This document shows positions 55,801 to 64,000 of a DNA stretch of 64,000 bases, in pieces; the stretch's first letter is position 1; each line of letters opens with the position of its first letter. The DNA is taken from positions 2,465 through 66,464 of the IMG/VR virus record IMGVR_UViG_3300020048_000128; one strand, written 5' to 3'. The position numbers and the translations under genes were made by a program. A model generated the notes under the pieces. That model did no database searches, had not been told where the DNA came from, and saw only the letters and a program-made list of their open reading frames with translations. The DNA is from a virus (Duplodnaviria > Caudoviricetes).

Positions 55801-56496
55801 ATGATTATTCAAACTACAAATGTGACTTTTGATGATGAGCCATCGGTGCTTGCACCTTGGGAAACTGCCCCAGCTGAGCCGGACATGATATTCACAGATG
55901 ATCCTGTGGCCATGGCTTGCGGATCATATCGTACTTTTTTGCAGACCAACATACGCTGGACTGATCTAGTAGACGTCACAGTAACAGAAGCTGACCGTGA
56001 GCAAGCTGAGCTGATTCGCAAGTACTACTCAGATCGTATCTTGATGAGTGCAGTTGCTGCCAAAGGTAAAATGAGCGACTTTAGACAAAAGCTGTATGGT
56101 CTGCTGATCGGCCATACAGGGATCAAAAAGCGTGACATTGGCTTGCTATATCGCTTGCCGTATTTCTACGCAGAGGACACTGCCATGGACCAAGTTATGG
56201 CGCAAACTGAAACAGTTACTGGCCCTGGCTCACGAGAGGTATCGGGGCACTTTCAAGTTATCAAGCGTATTAGTGTTAGTCGTCGCAGTGGCGAAACTGT
56301 GCAGTTGTGGTTGCAAAATGACTCCAACAAAGTGCCGTTCATGATTGCCTCTAAACTGGACAATCCGTTTTTGAGCTTGACTGAAAGTATTTTGCGTCAG
56401 CCTATTAAGTTATCGGCTACTGCATACAAGAAACAACATCGTGGCCACTATCGAAACAGACTGTATTACCAGTTAGGAAACTTAGAGATTATTTAA
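55801..56496 (+). CDS. Hypothetical protein
   Basis: 231-aa ORF. Confidence 0.7.
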   Translation: MIIQTTNVTFDDEPSVLAPWETAPAEPDMIFTDDPVAMACGSYRTFLQTNIRWTDLVDVTVTEADREQAELIRKYYSDRILMSAVAAKGKMSDFRQKLYGLLIGHTGIKKRDIGLLYRLPYFYAEDTAMDQVMAQTETVTGPGSREVSGHFQVIKRISVSRRSGETVQLWLQNDSNKVPFMIASKLDNPFLSLTESILRQPIKLSATAYKKQHRGHYRNRLYYQLGNLEII

Positions 56497-56529
56497 CTCT
56501 GGGTATGGATTTATTTTAATAAGGAAACT

Positions 56530-57630
56530 ATGAGCTATCTATTTACAAGTGAAAGTGTGTCAGAAGGACACCCTGATAAAATTGCTGATGCAATTTCAGA
56601 CGCAGTGCTTGATTTGGTCATGGCCAAGCAAGACCCTGCATTACGATGTGCATGTGAAACGCTAGTCACTACCAATCGTGTAATCATTGCCGGGGAATAC
56701 AAAGGTATCTTGCATGAAGCAGAAGTTGAAAGTGCTGTGCGTAGAGTTATAAAGAATGTGGGCTATGAGCAAGCAGGCTTTGACTGGCGCACAGTTGAGA
56801 TCACCAACTTGTTGCACGGGCAAAGTGCCGACATTGCACTAGGTACTGATAACTTTGGAGCAGGTGACCAAGGCTTGATGTTCGGTTATGCCTGCAACGA
56901 AACAGACAACTACATGCCCTCAGCAATTTACTGGAGTCATCGTATTGTTGAACGACTAGCACAAGCTCGAAAAGATGGTGTGTTAACATTTCTGGGCCCC
57001 GACGCCAAGAGTCAAGTCACCTTTGAATACAACGATGACGGTACACCAAACCGTATTGCCAAAGTGGTTTGTAGCACACAACACTCAGAAGAAGCCGGTA
57101 TTGAAACTGTGCGTAACGTAGTTGGTGCGTTTATCAAAAGCGTTTTACCCGGAGAATATCTTGATAGCAATACTGACTTCTTTATCAATCCTACTGGTCG
57201 ATTTGTTATTGGCGGTCCCGATGGTGATACTGGGCTTACTGGGCGCAAAATTATTGTTGATACCTATGGTGGCTATAGCCCTCATGGTGGGGGAGCCTTC
57301 AGTGGTAAAGATCCTACTAAGGTTGATCGAAGTGCTGCCTACATGATGCGCTACATTGCCAAGAACATTGTGGCAAGTGGCCAGGCACCTTGGGCCACTT
57401 GCCAAATCAGCTATGCAATTGGCATGGCCCAGCCCATGAGTTTCTATGTGGAGTGCAGCAACAAACAACTAGCACGTGAGTTAACTGAATTGATCCCTAC
57501 TATAGTAGATTTAACCCCCGCAGGTATTATCAAACGTTTTGACTTATTCCGTCCTATCTATAGTAGTACTACAAACTATGGACATTTTGGTAAAGCAGAC
57601 TTACCTTGGGAACGTCTGGACTTGTTCTGA
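56530..57630 (+). CDS. metK: S-adenosylmethionine synthetase
   Basis: FTSESVSEGHPDK, GAGDQG, GLTGRKIIVDTYGG, GGGAFSGKD. Confidence 0.97.
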   Translation: MSYLFTSESVSEGHPDKIADAISDAVLDLVMAKQDPALRCACETLVTTNRVIIAGEYKGILHEAEVESAVRRVIKNVGYEQAGFDWRTVEITNLLHGQSADIALGTDNFGAGDQGLMFGYACNETDNYMPSAIYWSHRIVERLAQARKDGVLTFLGPDAKSQVTFEYNDDGTPNRIAKVVCSTQHSEEAGIETVRNVVGAFIKSVLPGEYLDSNTDFFINPTGRFVIGGPDGDTGLTGRKIIVDTYGGYSPHGGGAFSGKDPTKVDRSAAYMMRYIAKNIVASGQAPWATCQISYAIGMAQPMSFYVECSNKQLARELTELIPTIVDLTPAGIIKRFDLFRPIYSSTTNYGHFGKADLPWERLDLF

Positions 57631-57872
57631 TGCACACTAGATTCACTGCTATGGTCAAAGAGATTAGTCGCCCGGATACTAACTTTAAAATAAAACCAGT
57701 GTGTCAACTAGATTATCTGGCCTGGCAACATGGGTTTGTGTTTGAGGCATTGCAAGGCTTGCGTTACGGCCAAAGTTTTTGCAATCACTTTGATGTAACT
57801 GATAATATCTTGTTTTATGAACAAGATCCAGAATGGGCTGACACATATATTCGATCTTATTACGTAGCATGA
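57630..57872 (+). CDS. Hypothetical small protein
   Basis: TGATG-coupled to metK. Confidence 0.6.
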   Translation: MHTRFTAMVKEISRPDTNFKIKPVCQLDYLAWQHGFVFEALQGLRYGQSFCNHFDVTDNILFYEQDPEWADTYIRSYYVA

Positions 57873-58090
57873 TTGTAGTAACAATCAATCATGTTACAAT
57901 TGACCAGGCGCTGAAGTTCAAGCAACAGCTAAAGGATGCCGGCCTTGTGATGGATCATGATTATGAGTGGGCGTTTTATCGAGCTGAATATGACAATTTT
58001 TCTTATAACGCAGTAAGTCCACGGCGGGTAGAGTTTAGGTTTCAGGATGCCAAACTAGCAACGTTTTATCAACTGATGTGGGCGCAATGA
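57869..58090 (+). CDS. Small LRW-like family protein
   Basis: Ends FRFQDAKLATFYQLMWAQ. Confidence 0.7.
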   Translation: MIVVTINHVTIDQALKFKQQLKDAGLVMDHDYEWAFYRAEYDNFSYNAVSPRRVEFRFQDAKLATFYQLMWAQ

Positions 58091-58344
58091 TTACGTACAC
58101 TCATCCTTGGCCCGACGTACCTCAACTCCGCGTTCCGGTGCTGCACAAGGTTGTGTATGCGCAGACTGAGGGCGGTGTGCCAGCTTCTTACCAACGCAGT
58201 TATAAAGATCACTTGGTGGATACCTGGCTTAATTCCACCTGTCAAGCACCTTATTATCACAGTCCGGGCTATCTTACGGAAAAGTCTATACATTTTGAGT
58301 GCGACGAAGAAGCTGTGTTGTTTGCACTGAGGTGGGGCACATGA
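58087..58344 (+). CDS. Small LRW-family protein
   Basis: Ends IHFECDEEAVLFALRWGT. Confidence 0.7.
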   Translation: MITYTHPWPDVPQLRVPVLHKVVYAQTEGGVPASYQRSYKDHLVDTWLNSTCQAPYYHSPGYLTEKSIHFECDEEAVLFALRWGT

Positions 58345-58385
58345 CTAAAAGTGGCCTGGCCCGAAGAATCAACTAACTAAGAATA

Positions 58386-58625
58386 ATGGGCATGCAGCTT
58401 GATAGACCTTACCAAATACGTGATAAAGAAAGCTTCGGCCACGCACGTGAAATTACCAAACCTTTTGGCAAAATTGACTGCATAATCGCTTGGTGCAAAG
58501 CTGAGCTGACAGGTGATTGGCGTTGGCAACTGATAGAAGGCAGCTCGGACATCAGGCCTGGTCGGTACATTTTCTATTTTGATTCGGACAAAGATCTGTG
58601 TGCATTTGCACTCAAGTGGTGTTGA
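58386..58625 (+). CDS. Small LRW-family protein
   Basis: Ends FYFDSDKDLCAFALKWC. Confidence 0.7.
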   Translation: MGMQLDRPYQIRDKESFGHAREITKPFGKIDCIIAWCKAELTGDWRWQLIEGSSDIRPGRYIFYFDSDKDLCAFALKWC

Positions 58626-58650
58626 CCACTAAACCTGTGTGTGCTACAAT
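58622..58650 (+). promoter_or_regulatory. sigma70-type promoter
   Basis: TTGACC-17-TACAAT. Confidence 0.7.
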
Positions 58651-58672
58651 GTAGTATACTTCAGGAGTCAGC

Positions 58673-58912
58673 ATGAACGATCGCGATCTCGACAATCTTC
58701 AATTTTTGTTAACAATTACAACTAGCCAGCTCGAGGACTGGTACGATGATATTGTTGCCCAAGGCGACCAAGATGATATAGACTATGCTGTGGAATTGAT
58801 CTACACTGCTCGCAACGAGCTCGAATTGCAGTTGTTAGAAATCCATGATGCGGAAGCTGAAGAAGACTATTCCCAAGCTGCTGATTATCTTGCACGGTTT
58901 CGTCTACAATGA
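58673..58912 (+). CDS. Acidic hypothetical protein
   Basis: AGGAG RBS; D/E-rich. Confidence 0.75.
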   Translation: MNDRDLDNLQFLLTITTSQLEDWYDDIVAQGDQDDIDYAVELIYTARNELELQLLEIHDAEAEEDYSQAADYLARFRLQ

Positions 58913-59223
58913 TCGAACAAGATCCACGCCCTGGGCAGTTTGCTATCATGTGGGACTGCCGCGGACTAGAAGCTGTGGAACGTGTTCATGATGGTGCCGA
59001 CACTACCTTTGCATTGCTCAAAGGGGTAGCTCCTCCCAAGTTGCCCAATCTGTTGCACTGGGAATTGAGAGCACGGTACAACAATCAGCGTCACTACGAA
59101 ATCTACATCATTACCGCCACTCCCGGTATTGAGAAAGAGGACATTGTAGAAATGTTTACTAACGATCCGCAGACAGCTGCCGATACAATTCGGCGCATTG
59201 GTCACAAATTCTACAGTGACTGA
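58909..59223 (+). CDS. Hypothetical protein
   Basis: ATGA-coupled. Confidence 0.7.
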   Translation: MIEQDPRPGQFAIMWDCRGLEAVERVHDGADTTFALLKGVAPPKLPNLLHWELRARYNNQRHYEIYIITATPGIEKEDIVEMFTNDPQTAADTIRRIGHKFYSD

Positions 59224-59246
59224 GAAACAAAAGAAAGAGCAATTAC

Positions 59247-59981
59247 ATGAACCTACATAGACTATTGGACCGCTTGGAAGAATGGTGGCGGTACCCACAA
59301 CCCACACGTGACCAAAAACAGTTGCTGGGCTTGCACACTGACGTAATTGACACTGAGTTTACCGCGGTGCGCCTGGCAAGTGAAGAGTCAGCCAGGTATG
59401 TACTTGAGCACATGCGAGCCGTGCCCAACTTTGACACTGACTATGACTTGCATGAGTGGGTATGCAAAACTCAACTCAGCAAGCAGCTAGAGCTGCGTGG
59501 TATGGTGCTTGAATTTGGTGTTGCTACCGGTCGTACCTTGAATCAATTTGCCTATTGGCTGCAACACAAGACGGTACACGGGTTTGACGGATTTGAAGGC
59601 TTGCCCGAAGACTGGACCAGCAGAATGCGCAAGGGGTTTTTTGCAAGAAGCAAACTGCCTCGAGTGCGAACCAATTGTAGATTGCATGTGGGCTGGTTTG
59701 ATCAAACACTGCCGAGCTTTGCTCAAGAACAAGGAATTCGTCCTATACAGTTGTTGCATGTGGATTGTGATTTGTACTCCAGCACAGTTACAATTCTCAA
59801 CAATTTGAAAGACAATATTGTGTCAGGTACTGTAATTGTGTTTGATGAGTACATGAATTATCCGGGTTGGCAGCTGGATGAATTTCGAGCCTGGCAAGAA
59901 CACTGCACCAAGCACAAGATTCGATACGAATACATTGGTCGAGTAAGCCGACACCAAAAAGTAGCTGTAAGAGTGTTGTAA
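59247..59981 (+). CDS. Class I SAM-dependent methyltransferase (TylF/MycF-like)
   Basis: LEFGVATG, GFDGFEGLP, GWFDQTL, HVDCDLYSST, FDEY. Confidence 0.88.
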   Translation: MNLHRLLDRLEEWWRYPQPTRDQKQLLGLHTDVIDTEFTAVRLASEESARYVLEHMRAVPNFDTDYDLHEWVCKTQLSKQLELRGMVLEFGVATGRTLNQFAYWLQHKTVHGFDGFEGLPEDWTSRMRKGFFARSKLPRVRTNCRLHVGWFDQTLPSFAQEQGIRPIQLLHVDCDLYSSTVTILNNLKDNIVSGTVIVFDEYMNYPGWQLDEFRAWQEHCTKHKIRYEYIGRVSRHQKVAVRVL

Positions 59982-60000
59982 AAATACAACAAAAAGACAA

Positions 60001-60040
60001 AAAGCCCCGGTTGACAACAATCGGGGCTTTGTCGTATAAT
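60001..60040 (+). promoter_or_regulatory. Terminator-like hairpin enclosing a -35 box
   Basis: AAAGCCCCG-gTTGACAacaat-CGGGGCTTT; TATAAT at 60035-60040. Confidence 0.65.
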
Positions 60041-60124
60041 ACAAGCATGTCTAGCAATAGTGCAAGGCATGCAGTCTGTAGTGAATATAAAATCGCTACA
60101 ACTTACAATTTAAAAGGAAACTTT

Positions 60125-61345
60125 ATGGCAATCCCAACAACTCCCACAAACCGCACTCATGCAAGAGCGGTTAACTCCAAGTACCAAAATGGTGCAAGTA
60201 TCTATCTGAGTCTCAAGGACCGATGGAACGAAGTATTGGCCGCAATGCCACTTGATCAGAAAAACTCTGTCAATACTAGACTCAAACTGGCTATCAAGGC
60301 ATTTGAGCAAAGATATCCTAATGTCAAAAGTTTTGACGACCCTAACTTTAGATTGTGTCGCTCAATCCGACGCAAGCTCGGCCATATCTTGGTAGACACT
60401 ACGATTCAACGCCAACTCAAAGTAAACTGGGTATTGGATATTATTGAAAAATTTGTGGCTTATCAAGCCATGCCAGTTCAAGTTTACCATGTACCAAAAA
60501 CTCAAGTGCCTGACACTTACGGCCCCGACGATGAATTTTTTGCCAGCTGGGACGGCCAGCACACTGCTATTGCATTTTGGATCATTGCTACAATGATTTT
60601 TGGTCAAGATCCCAACACTGTGGAAATCCCTGTGGTGGAATACGACATGCAGAATCGACTAGAATGCCGTATGACATTTATCAGGAACAACGGCAAAGAA
60701 GGCAAAAGTTTGTTGACTCCTATTGACAACATCACTCAACAGATCTATGCTGTGCGCCTGGATGGTGTGACTGATGATGACTGGGTTGCAGTTGAGCAAA
60801 AGCAACAATATCTAGAAGCTGCTGATTTGTTTCTGACAGATAGCAAGTTCTTTGACGATAACGAGCCCGGTGCTATTGCACGGCCTGGCGATATTGCTAA
60901 AGATGAAGTGCCAGTTGAGGTTATCCGGCAGTTTTCGGTATATGCTAATACAGTTTTGTCGGTGTACCCAAGACCCATCAACACTAAAGAACTCCCGATT
61001 ATTCTGGGCTTCTTAAAGATGTCTAGTAACATGGAGTATACTGACAGTGAAATTGAAAGTTTAGCCGACCTGTGTGTTTCGTTGTTTGGTGCAGAGTTTA
61101 AAGAAGACGGTGTATTCTGGGATCGGGTAGGGTCAGCATATACTAAGTGGCACACTCGCTATCATGCAGACATGGATGAAAGCCTTCGCCCTGGGGTCAA
61201 GCTCAACAAGGACTGGCCACAAGGTGGTACCTTTTTCTGGCATCAATTAGTCAAGTCTTGGAAAGACGTCAATGGTCAGCCCATGCGTTTGCCAAGACTG
61301 AATATTTCAACTTCGTTCAACCCTGCCAAGAAGGACTTGTTCTAA
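60125..61345 (+). CDS. ParB/DGQHR-superfamily protein
   Basis: VDTTIQRQL and ASWDGQHT motifs. Confidence 0.65.
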   Translation: MAIPTTPTNRTHARAVNSKYQNGASIYLSLKDRWNEVLAAMPLDQKNSVNTRLKLAIKAFEQRYPNVKSFDDPNFRLCRSIRRKLGHILVDTTIQRQLKVNWVLDIIEKFVAYQAMPVQVYHVPKTQVPDTYGPDDEFFASWDGQHTAIAFWIIATMIFGQDPNTVEIPVVEYDMQNRLECRMTFIRNNGKEGKSLLTPIDNITQQIYAVRLDGVTDDDWVAVEQKQQYLEAADLFLTDSKFFDDNEPGAIARPGDIAKDEVPVEVIRQFSVYANTVLSVYPRPINTKELPIILGFLKMSSNMEYTDSEIESLADLCVSLFGAEFKEDGVFWDRVGSAYTKWHTRYHADMDESLRPGVKLNKDWPQGGTFFWHQLVKSWKDVNGQPMRLPRLNISTSFNPAKKDLF

Positions 61346-61893
61346 TGTTAATACGCGAACAAATTGAGGCATTCAAGGATATCGAACCTAACCGTGTGGT
61401 GCGCAACGGCCAGGCGTATACTGAAACTTCCGAGTTTCTTACGTCTGAGTTAACACGACATGTAGCAGCGTATCGCAAGCTGACCAAGACTACACAACTT
61501 GGTCGCTTAACACGTGACAAAATTGATGAGTCAATTCGACGATATCATGATTATGTAATCGCTGGCAAATACAAAGCGCACTATCGTCAGGTAGGTGTTC
61601 TTGTCAAGAAGAACAATGTGTTTGAACATGTGATCCCTTTACGCACAGTAAGAAACATGCTGATTGCAGGGGTGATTACTATTGAGCAAGCGCTAAACTC
61701 GCCCACATGTTTGGTCACACCAGAAAAAAATAAGATGTTGGGAGAACTCAAGCTCACAAAGTCTACTCCTAATGCATGGTGGTTCTGGCAACGTTACCAA
61801 GCGTTGGATTTGCAAGTTGAAACATGGGATAGTGAAGCAGTGGATCAATCCACATGGAACTTGGAAAGTCACTACAATTACTTTGAGGTCTAA
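61345..61893 (+). CDS. HNH/DUF1524-like nuclease candidate
   Basis: VFEHVIPL...NSPTCLVTPEKN; TAATG-coupled to the upstream gene. Confidence 0.5.
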   Translation: MLIREQIEAFKDIEPNRVVRNGQAYTETSEFLTSELTRHVAAYRKLTKTTQLGRLTRDKIDESIRRYHDYVIAGKYKAHYRQVGVLVKKNNVFEHVIPLRTVRNMLIAGVITIEQALNSPTCLVTPEKNKMLGELKLTKSTPNAWWFWQRYQALDLQVETWDSEAVDQSTWNLESHYNYFEV

Positions 61894-61894
61894 C

Positions 61895-62116
61895 ATGAGC
61901 CAACTTGAACTGCACGGTCGTCCTTGGACGGTGTTTGAACCACACAACCAACAACACCGCTCCTGGTACTACAACTTTGTAAAAAGCGGAACCTGGGGAC
62001 GATGCCCTGTGCGCTTTGTAGTGCCAGAAGATCACGGAAACTTGATCACCATGATTCAACGCAACTTGGTTGAATACTATGTGACACAAGAATTCAAACG
62101 AACAAGGAAACGCTAA
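61895..62116 (+). CDS. Conserved hypothetical phage protein
   Basis: GAGG RBS; FEPHNQQHRSWY...WGRCPVRF. Confidence 0.75.
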   Translation: MSQLELHGRPWTVFEPHNQQHRSWYYNFVKSGTWGRCPVRFVVPEDHGNLITMIQRNLVEYYVTQEFKRTRKR

Positions 62117-62538
62117 TGTTGTATTTTGCATATGGTATGAATACCAATCTCAAAGAGATGACTCGACGCTGCCCAGCTGCCAAGTCCCTGGGCCATGCTC
62201 GACTGATCAATCACTCTTTCCGCTTTGCGCAACATGCAGATGTGGAACCACAGTCGGGCAGTTTTGTAGAAGGGGTGTTGTGGGAGATCACTGAAGATTG
62301 TCTTAGTGCTCTGGATCAACTGGAAGGTTACCCTGTTTATTACAACCGTGTGGTGAGTTCTGTGGTGCATGAATCTAGAACCTATCATGCTCTAGTGTAT
62401 CGCATGCAACCCGGCCAGCCAGACAGCTTGCCTACTCGTGACTACTATTGCCTGGTCACTGAAGGCTATCGAGCACACAATGTGCCCACTGACCAGCTGG
62501 AAAATAGTGTAGCATTTAGTACTACAAATTTTGGTTGA
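62116..62538 (+). CDS. Gamma-glutamylcyclotransferase (AIG2-like)
   Basis: YFAYGMN, VEGVLWEI, LDQLEGYP. Confidence 0.88.
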   Translation: MLYFAYGMNTNLKEMTRRCPAAKSLGHARLINHSFRFAQHADVEPQSGSFVEGVLWEITEDCLSALDQLEGYPVYYNRVVSSVVHESRTYHALVYRMQPGQPDSLPTRDYYCLVTEGYRAHNVPTDQLENSVAFSTTNFG

Positions 62539-62563
62539 CCAAAAATTGCTCTTTTGCTATAAT
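62535..62563 (+). promoter_or_regulatory. sigma70-type early promoter (divergent cassette)
   Basis: TTGACC-17-TATAAT. Confidence 0.8.
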
Positions 62564-62594
62564 ATATACATATTGAAACACAAAGGAAATCAAA

Positions 62595-62819
62595 ATGTCT
62601 CCCAAACAAACTGCTCTGATCCAAGTCGCTAAACTGATCGCCCTTGCTGTCGTAGTCAGCATCTCGGTGAATTTGGTATTTGCCTACTTCACTGTTGCAC
62701 AAATTGGCATTGGCTTTTGCATTGTCATGCTGGCATGCTTGGTCAAGATGGTGTATGATCTAGAAGTGGCCAAAGCAGAACATATTCAAGGCCTAGAAAA
62801 GTTGAAAGATATCAAGTAA
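62595..62819 (+). CDS. Small two-TM membrane protein
   Basis: AAGGA RBS; two hydrophobic helices. Confidence 0.75.
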   Translation: MSPKQTALIQVAKLIALAVVVSISVNLVFAYFTVAQIGIGFCIVMLACLVKMVYDLEVAKAEHIQGLEKLKDIK

Positions 62820-62827
62820 CTTTTTGG

Positions 62828-62856
62828 TTGACTCAAAATAGCCAATTTGCTATAAT
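62828..62856 (+). promoter_or_regulatory. sigma70-type early promoter
   Basis: TTGACT-17-TATAAT. Confidence 0.8.
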
Positions 62857-62886
62857 ATAGGTATAGTAAGAAACAAGGAGTCAACA

Positions 62887-63084
62887 ATGAAAAGTTATGC
62901 ACAACAACTGCCCCAAGGCCTGTCCACAGAAGATCAAATTCTTGATCAGGCGTATGAGCTGATCAAGACCCAACAAGGCGTCAAGGCAGCTAGGTACTAC
63001 ATTAGCTATCACGAAGACTTTCCTGCAGACTTGATCTCTGAATACCGCTTTCTACAAAAGGAACATGAAACATGCAAGCTCTAA
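62887..63084 (+). CDS. Hypothetical early protein
   Basis: AAGGAG RBS. Confidence 0.7.
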   Translation: MKSYAQQLPQGLSTEDQILDQAYELIKTQQGVKAARYYISYHEDFPADLISEYRFLQKEHETCKL

Positions 63085-63154
63085 TCAATCTAGCAATCGT
63101 GCTCAGCCCTGTGCTGGTGATGTTTTTAGCCATGATCCTCAAAGGAGAATTTTA

Positions 63155-63604
63155 ATGAGTACTCGTAGCCGCGTTGGTGTCATGCATGGTAGCAAGTGCA
63201 AATCAATCTACATTCATTGGGATGGCTACCTTGACGGTGTGGGCCGAACTCTGTTTGAACACTACAACAGCGCCAAGGCCAACCATCTTGTAGCCCTGGG
63301 CGATGTTTCCAGCTTGGACCAGAATGTTGAAATTCCTGAAGGTGTTGAACACAGCTTTGATCGGCCACTGGATGGGGTAACTACTTTCTACGGTCGTGAC
63401 CGTAGCGAGACCGGTGTTGAGTTCCAAGTGGATCACACCTTTGAAGAGTTCTTGCACCGTGTGGATGAGTGTGGGGCTGAGTTTTACTACATCATACAGG
63501 ACGGTGTGTGGTATGCAGGTGGCATTCACGATGAACCTGGTTTGTCCAAGTGTGGGTTGGTTCCACTGAGTGAAGCGCTGGCCTGGGAGGCAATTGCTCG
63601 ATGA
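63155..63604 (+). CDS. Conserved hypothetical phage protein
   Basis: AAGGAG RBS; MSTRSRVG...SIYIHWDGYL. Confidence 0.8.
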   Translation: MSTRSRVGVMHGSKCKSIYIHWDGYLDGVGRTLFEHYNSAKANHLVALGDVSSLDQNVEIPEGVEHSFDRPLDGVTTFYGRDRSETGVEFQVDHTFEEFLHRVDECGAEFYYIIQDGVWYAGGIHDEPGLSKCGLVPLSEALAWEAIAR

Positions 63605-63993
63605 GCGGATATCAAACAATCTTGCGTATTCGACGCATCGAAGAAGCTGTAACCAAACTTGGGTTCATGCTGTCCAATTCCAAGCATGGATGGGACAACA
63701 GCAACCCTGACATGATTGCTCTCAAGCCCCGTGACGATGATGCAGTGCCAATCTATAGTCGGGATGCCGAAATATTTCGCGGTACCCTAGAAGAGCTGGA
63801 GGTTTGGTTGCGAGGTGTGGAGTGGGCACGAGAGTACGATGATCATCTACGAATCAGCGACGCCAAAAAGCGAGTCCAAGGTGAAGATCGAGAGCGTCAG
63901 AGAATTGCAGAAATGCGCAAGCAGGAACAACAGAAAATGATCTTGGGTGTACTAAAGTCCTCGGACCGTGAAAACAGCCGGGTAAAAAAGTAA
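63601..63993 (+). CDS. Hypothetical protein
   Basis: ATGA-coupled. Confidence 0.7.
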   Translation: MSGYQTILRIRRIEEAVTKLGFMLSNSKHGWDNSNPDMIALKPRDDDAVPIYSRDAEIFRGTLEELEVWLRGVEWAREYDDHLRISDAKKRVQGEDRERQRIAEMRKQEQQKMILGVLKSSDRENSRVKK

Positions 63994-64000
63994 TACTTTA

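Noticed and set aside
1563-63619. Numerous antisense/overlapping ORFs in the six-frame track (e.g. 2593-3231 +, 8984-9571 -, 22893-23384 -, 38507-38920 +)
   Set aside because: They lie opposite well-supported genes, lack RBSs and motifs, and are explained by codon bias of the sense gene.
1-64000. Stop-codon reassignment (alternative genetic code)
   Set aside because: Long conserved genes are intact under code 11, and TAA, TGA and TAG all act as stops with tight gene packing.

Overview
This 64-kb window is a densely coding segment of a large lytic dsDNA phage with T4-like hallmarks: a gp41/DnaB-type helicase, a PAAR spike, TAAATA late promoters and sigma70-type early promoters. It uses standard genetic code 11. 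Host-like genes (iscU, iscA, a phasin, a fatty-acid desaturase, DUF3563/DUF1127-like peptides) suggest a proteobacterial host, probably Betaproteobacteria; this is inference. Recognisable genes are the replicative helicase, nrdA/nrdB/glutaredoxin, ATP-dependent DNA ligase, a PD-(D/E)xK exonuclease, UvsE, two radical SAM enzymes, MetK, a TylF-like methyltransferase, ClpX, ClpS, two ClpP, Hsp20, two metallophosphoesterases, HIT, GGCT, a UDP-sugar dehydrogenase/oxygenase/amidinotransferase operon, virion proteins and many small early genes. I found no tRNA, rRNA, CRISPR array, integrase or transposase. The most interesting unexplained signals are: (i) a ~460-nt multi-helix intergenic RNA candidate; (ii) a promoter-driven RNA with a twister-ribozyme-like fold; (iii) a pol-beta nucleotidyltransferase/ligase-like fusion; (iv) an amidinotransferase sugar-modification operon; (v) twin ROSE-like thermometer leaders on hsp20 and the phasin; (vi) a tandem array of small ...F-x-L-R-W paralogs whose terminal codons double as the next gene's ribosome-binding site; (vii) repeated promoter/operator cassettes; and (viii) a split DGQH + HNH-like gene pair. 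All family calls come from motifs read by eye; no database searches were run.
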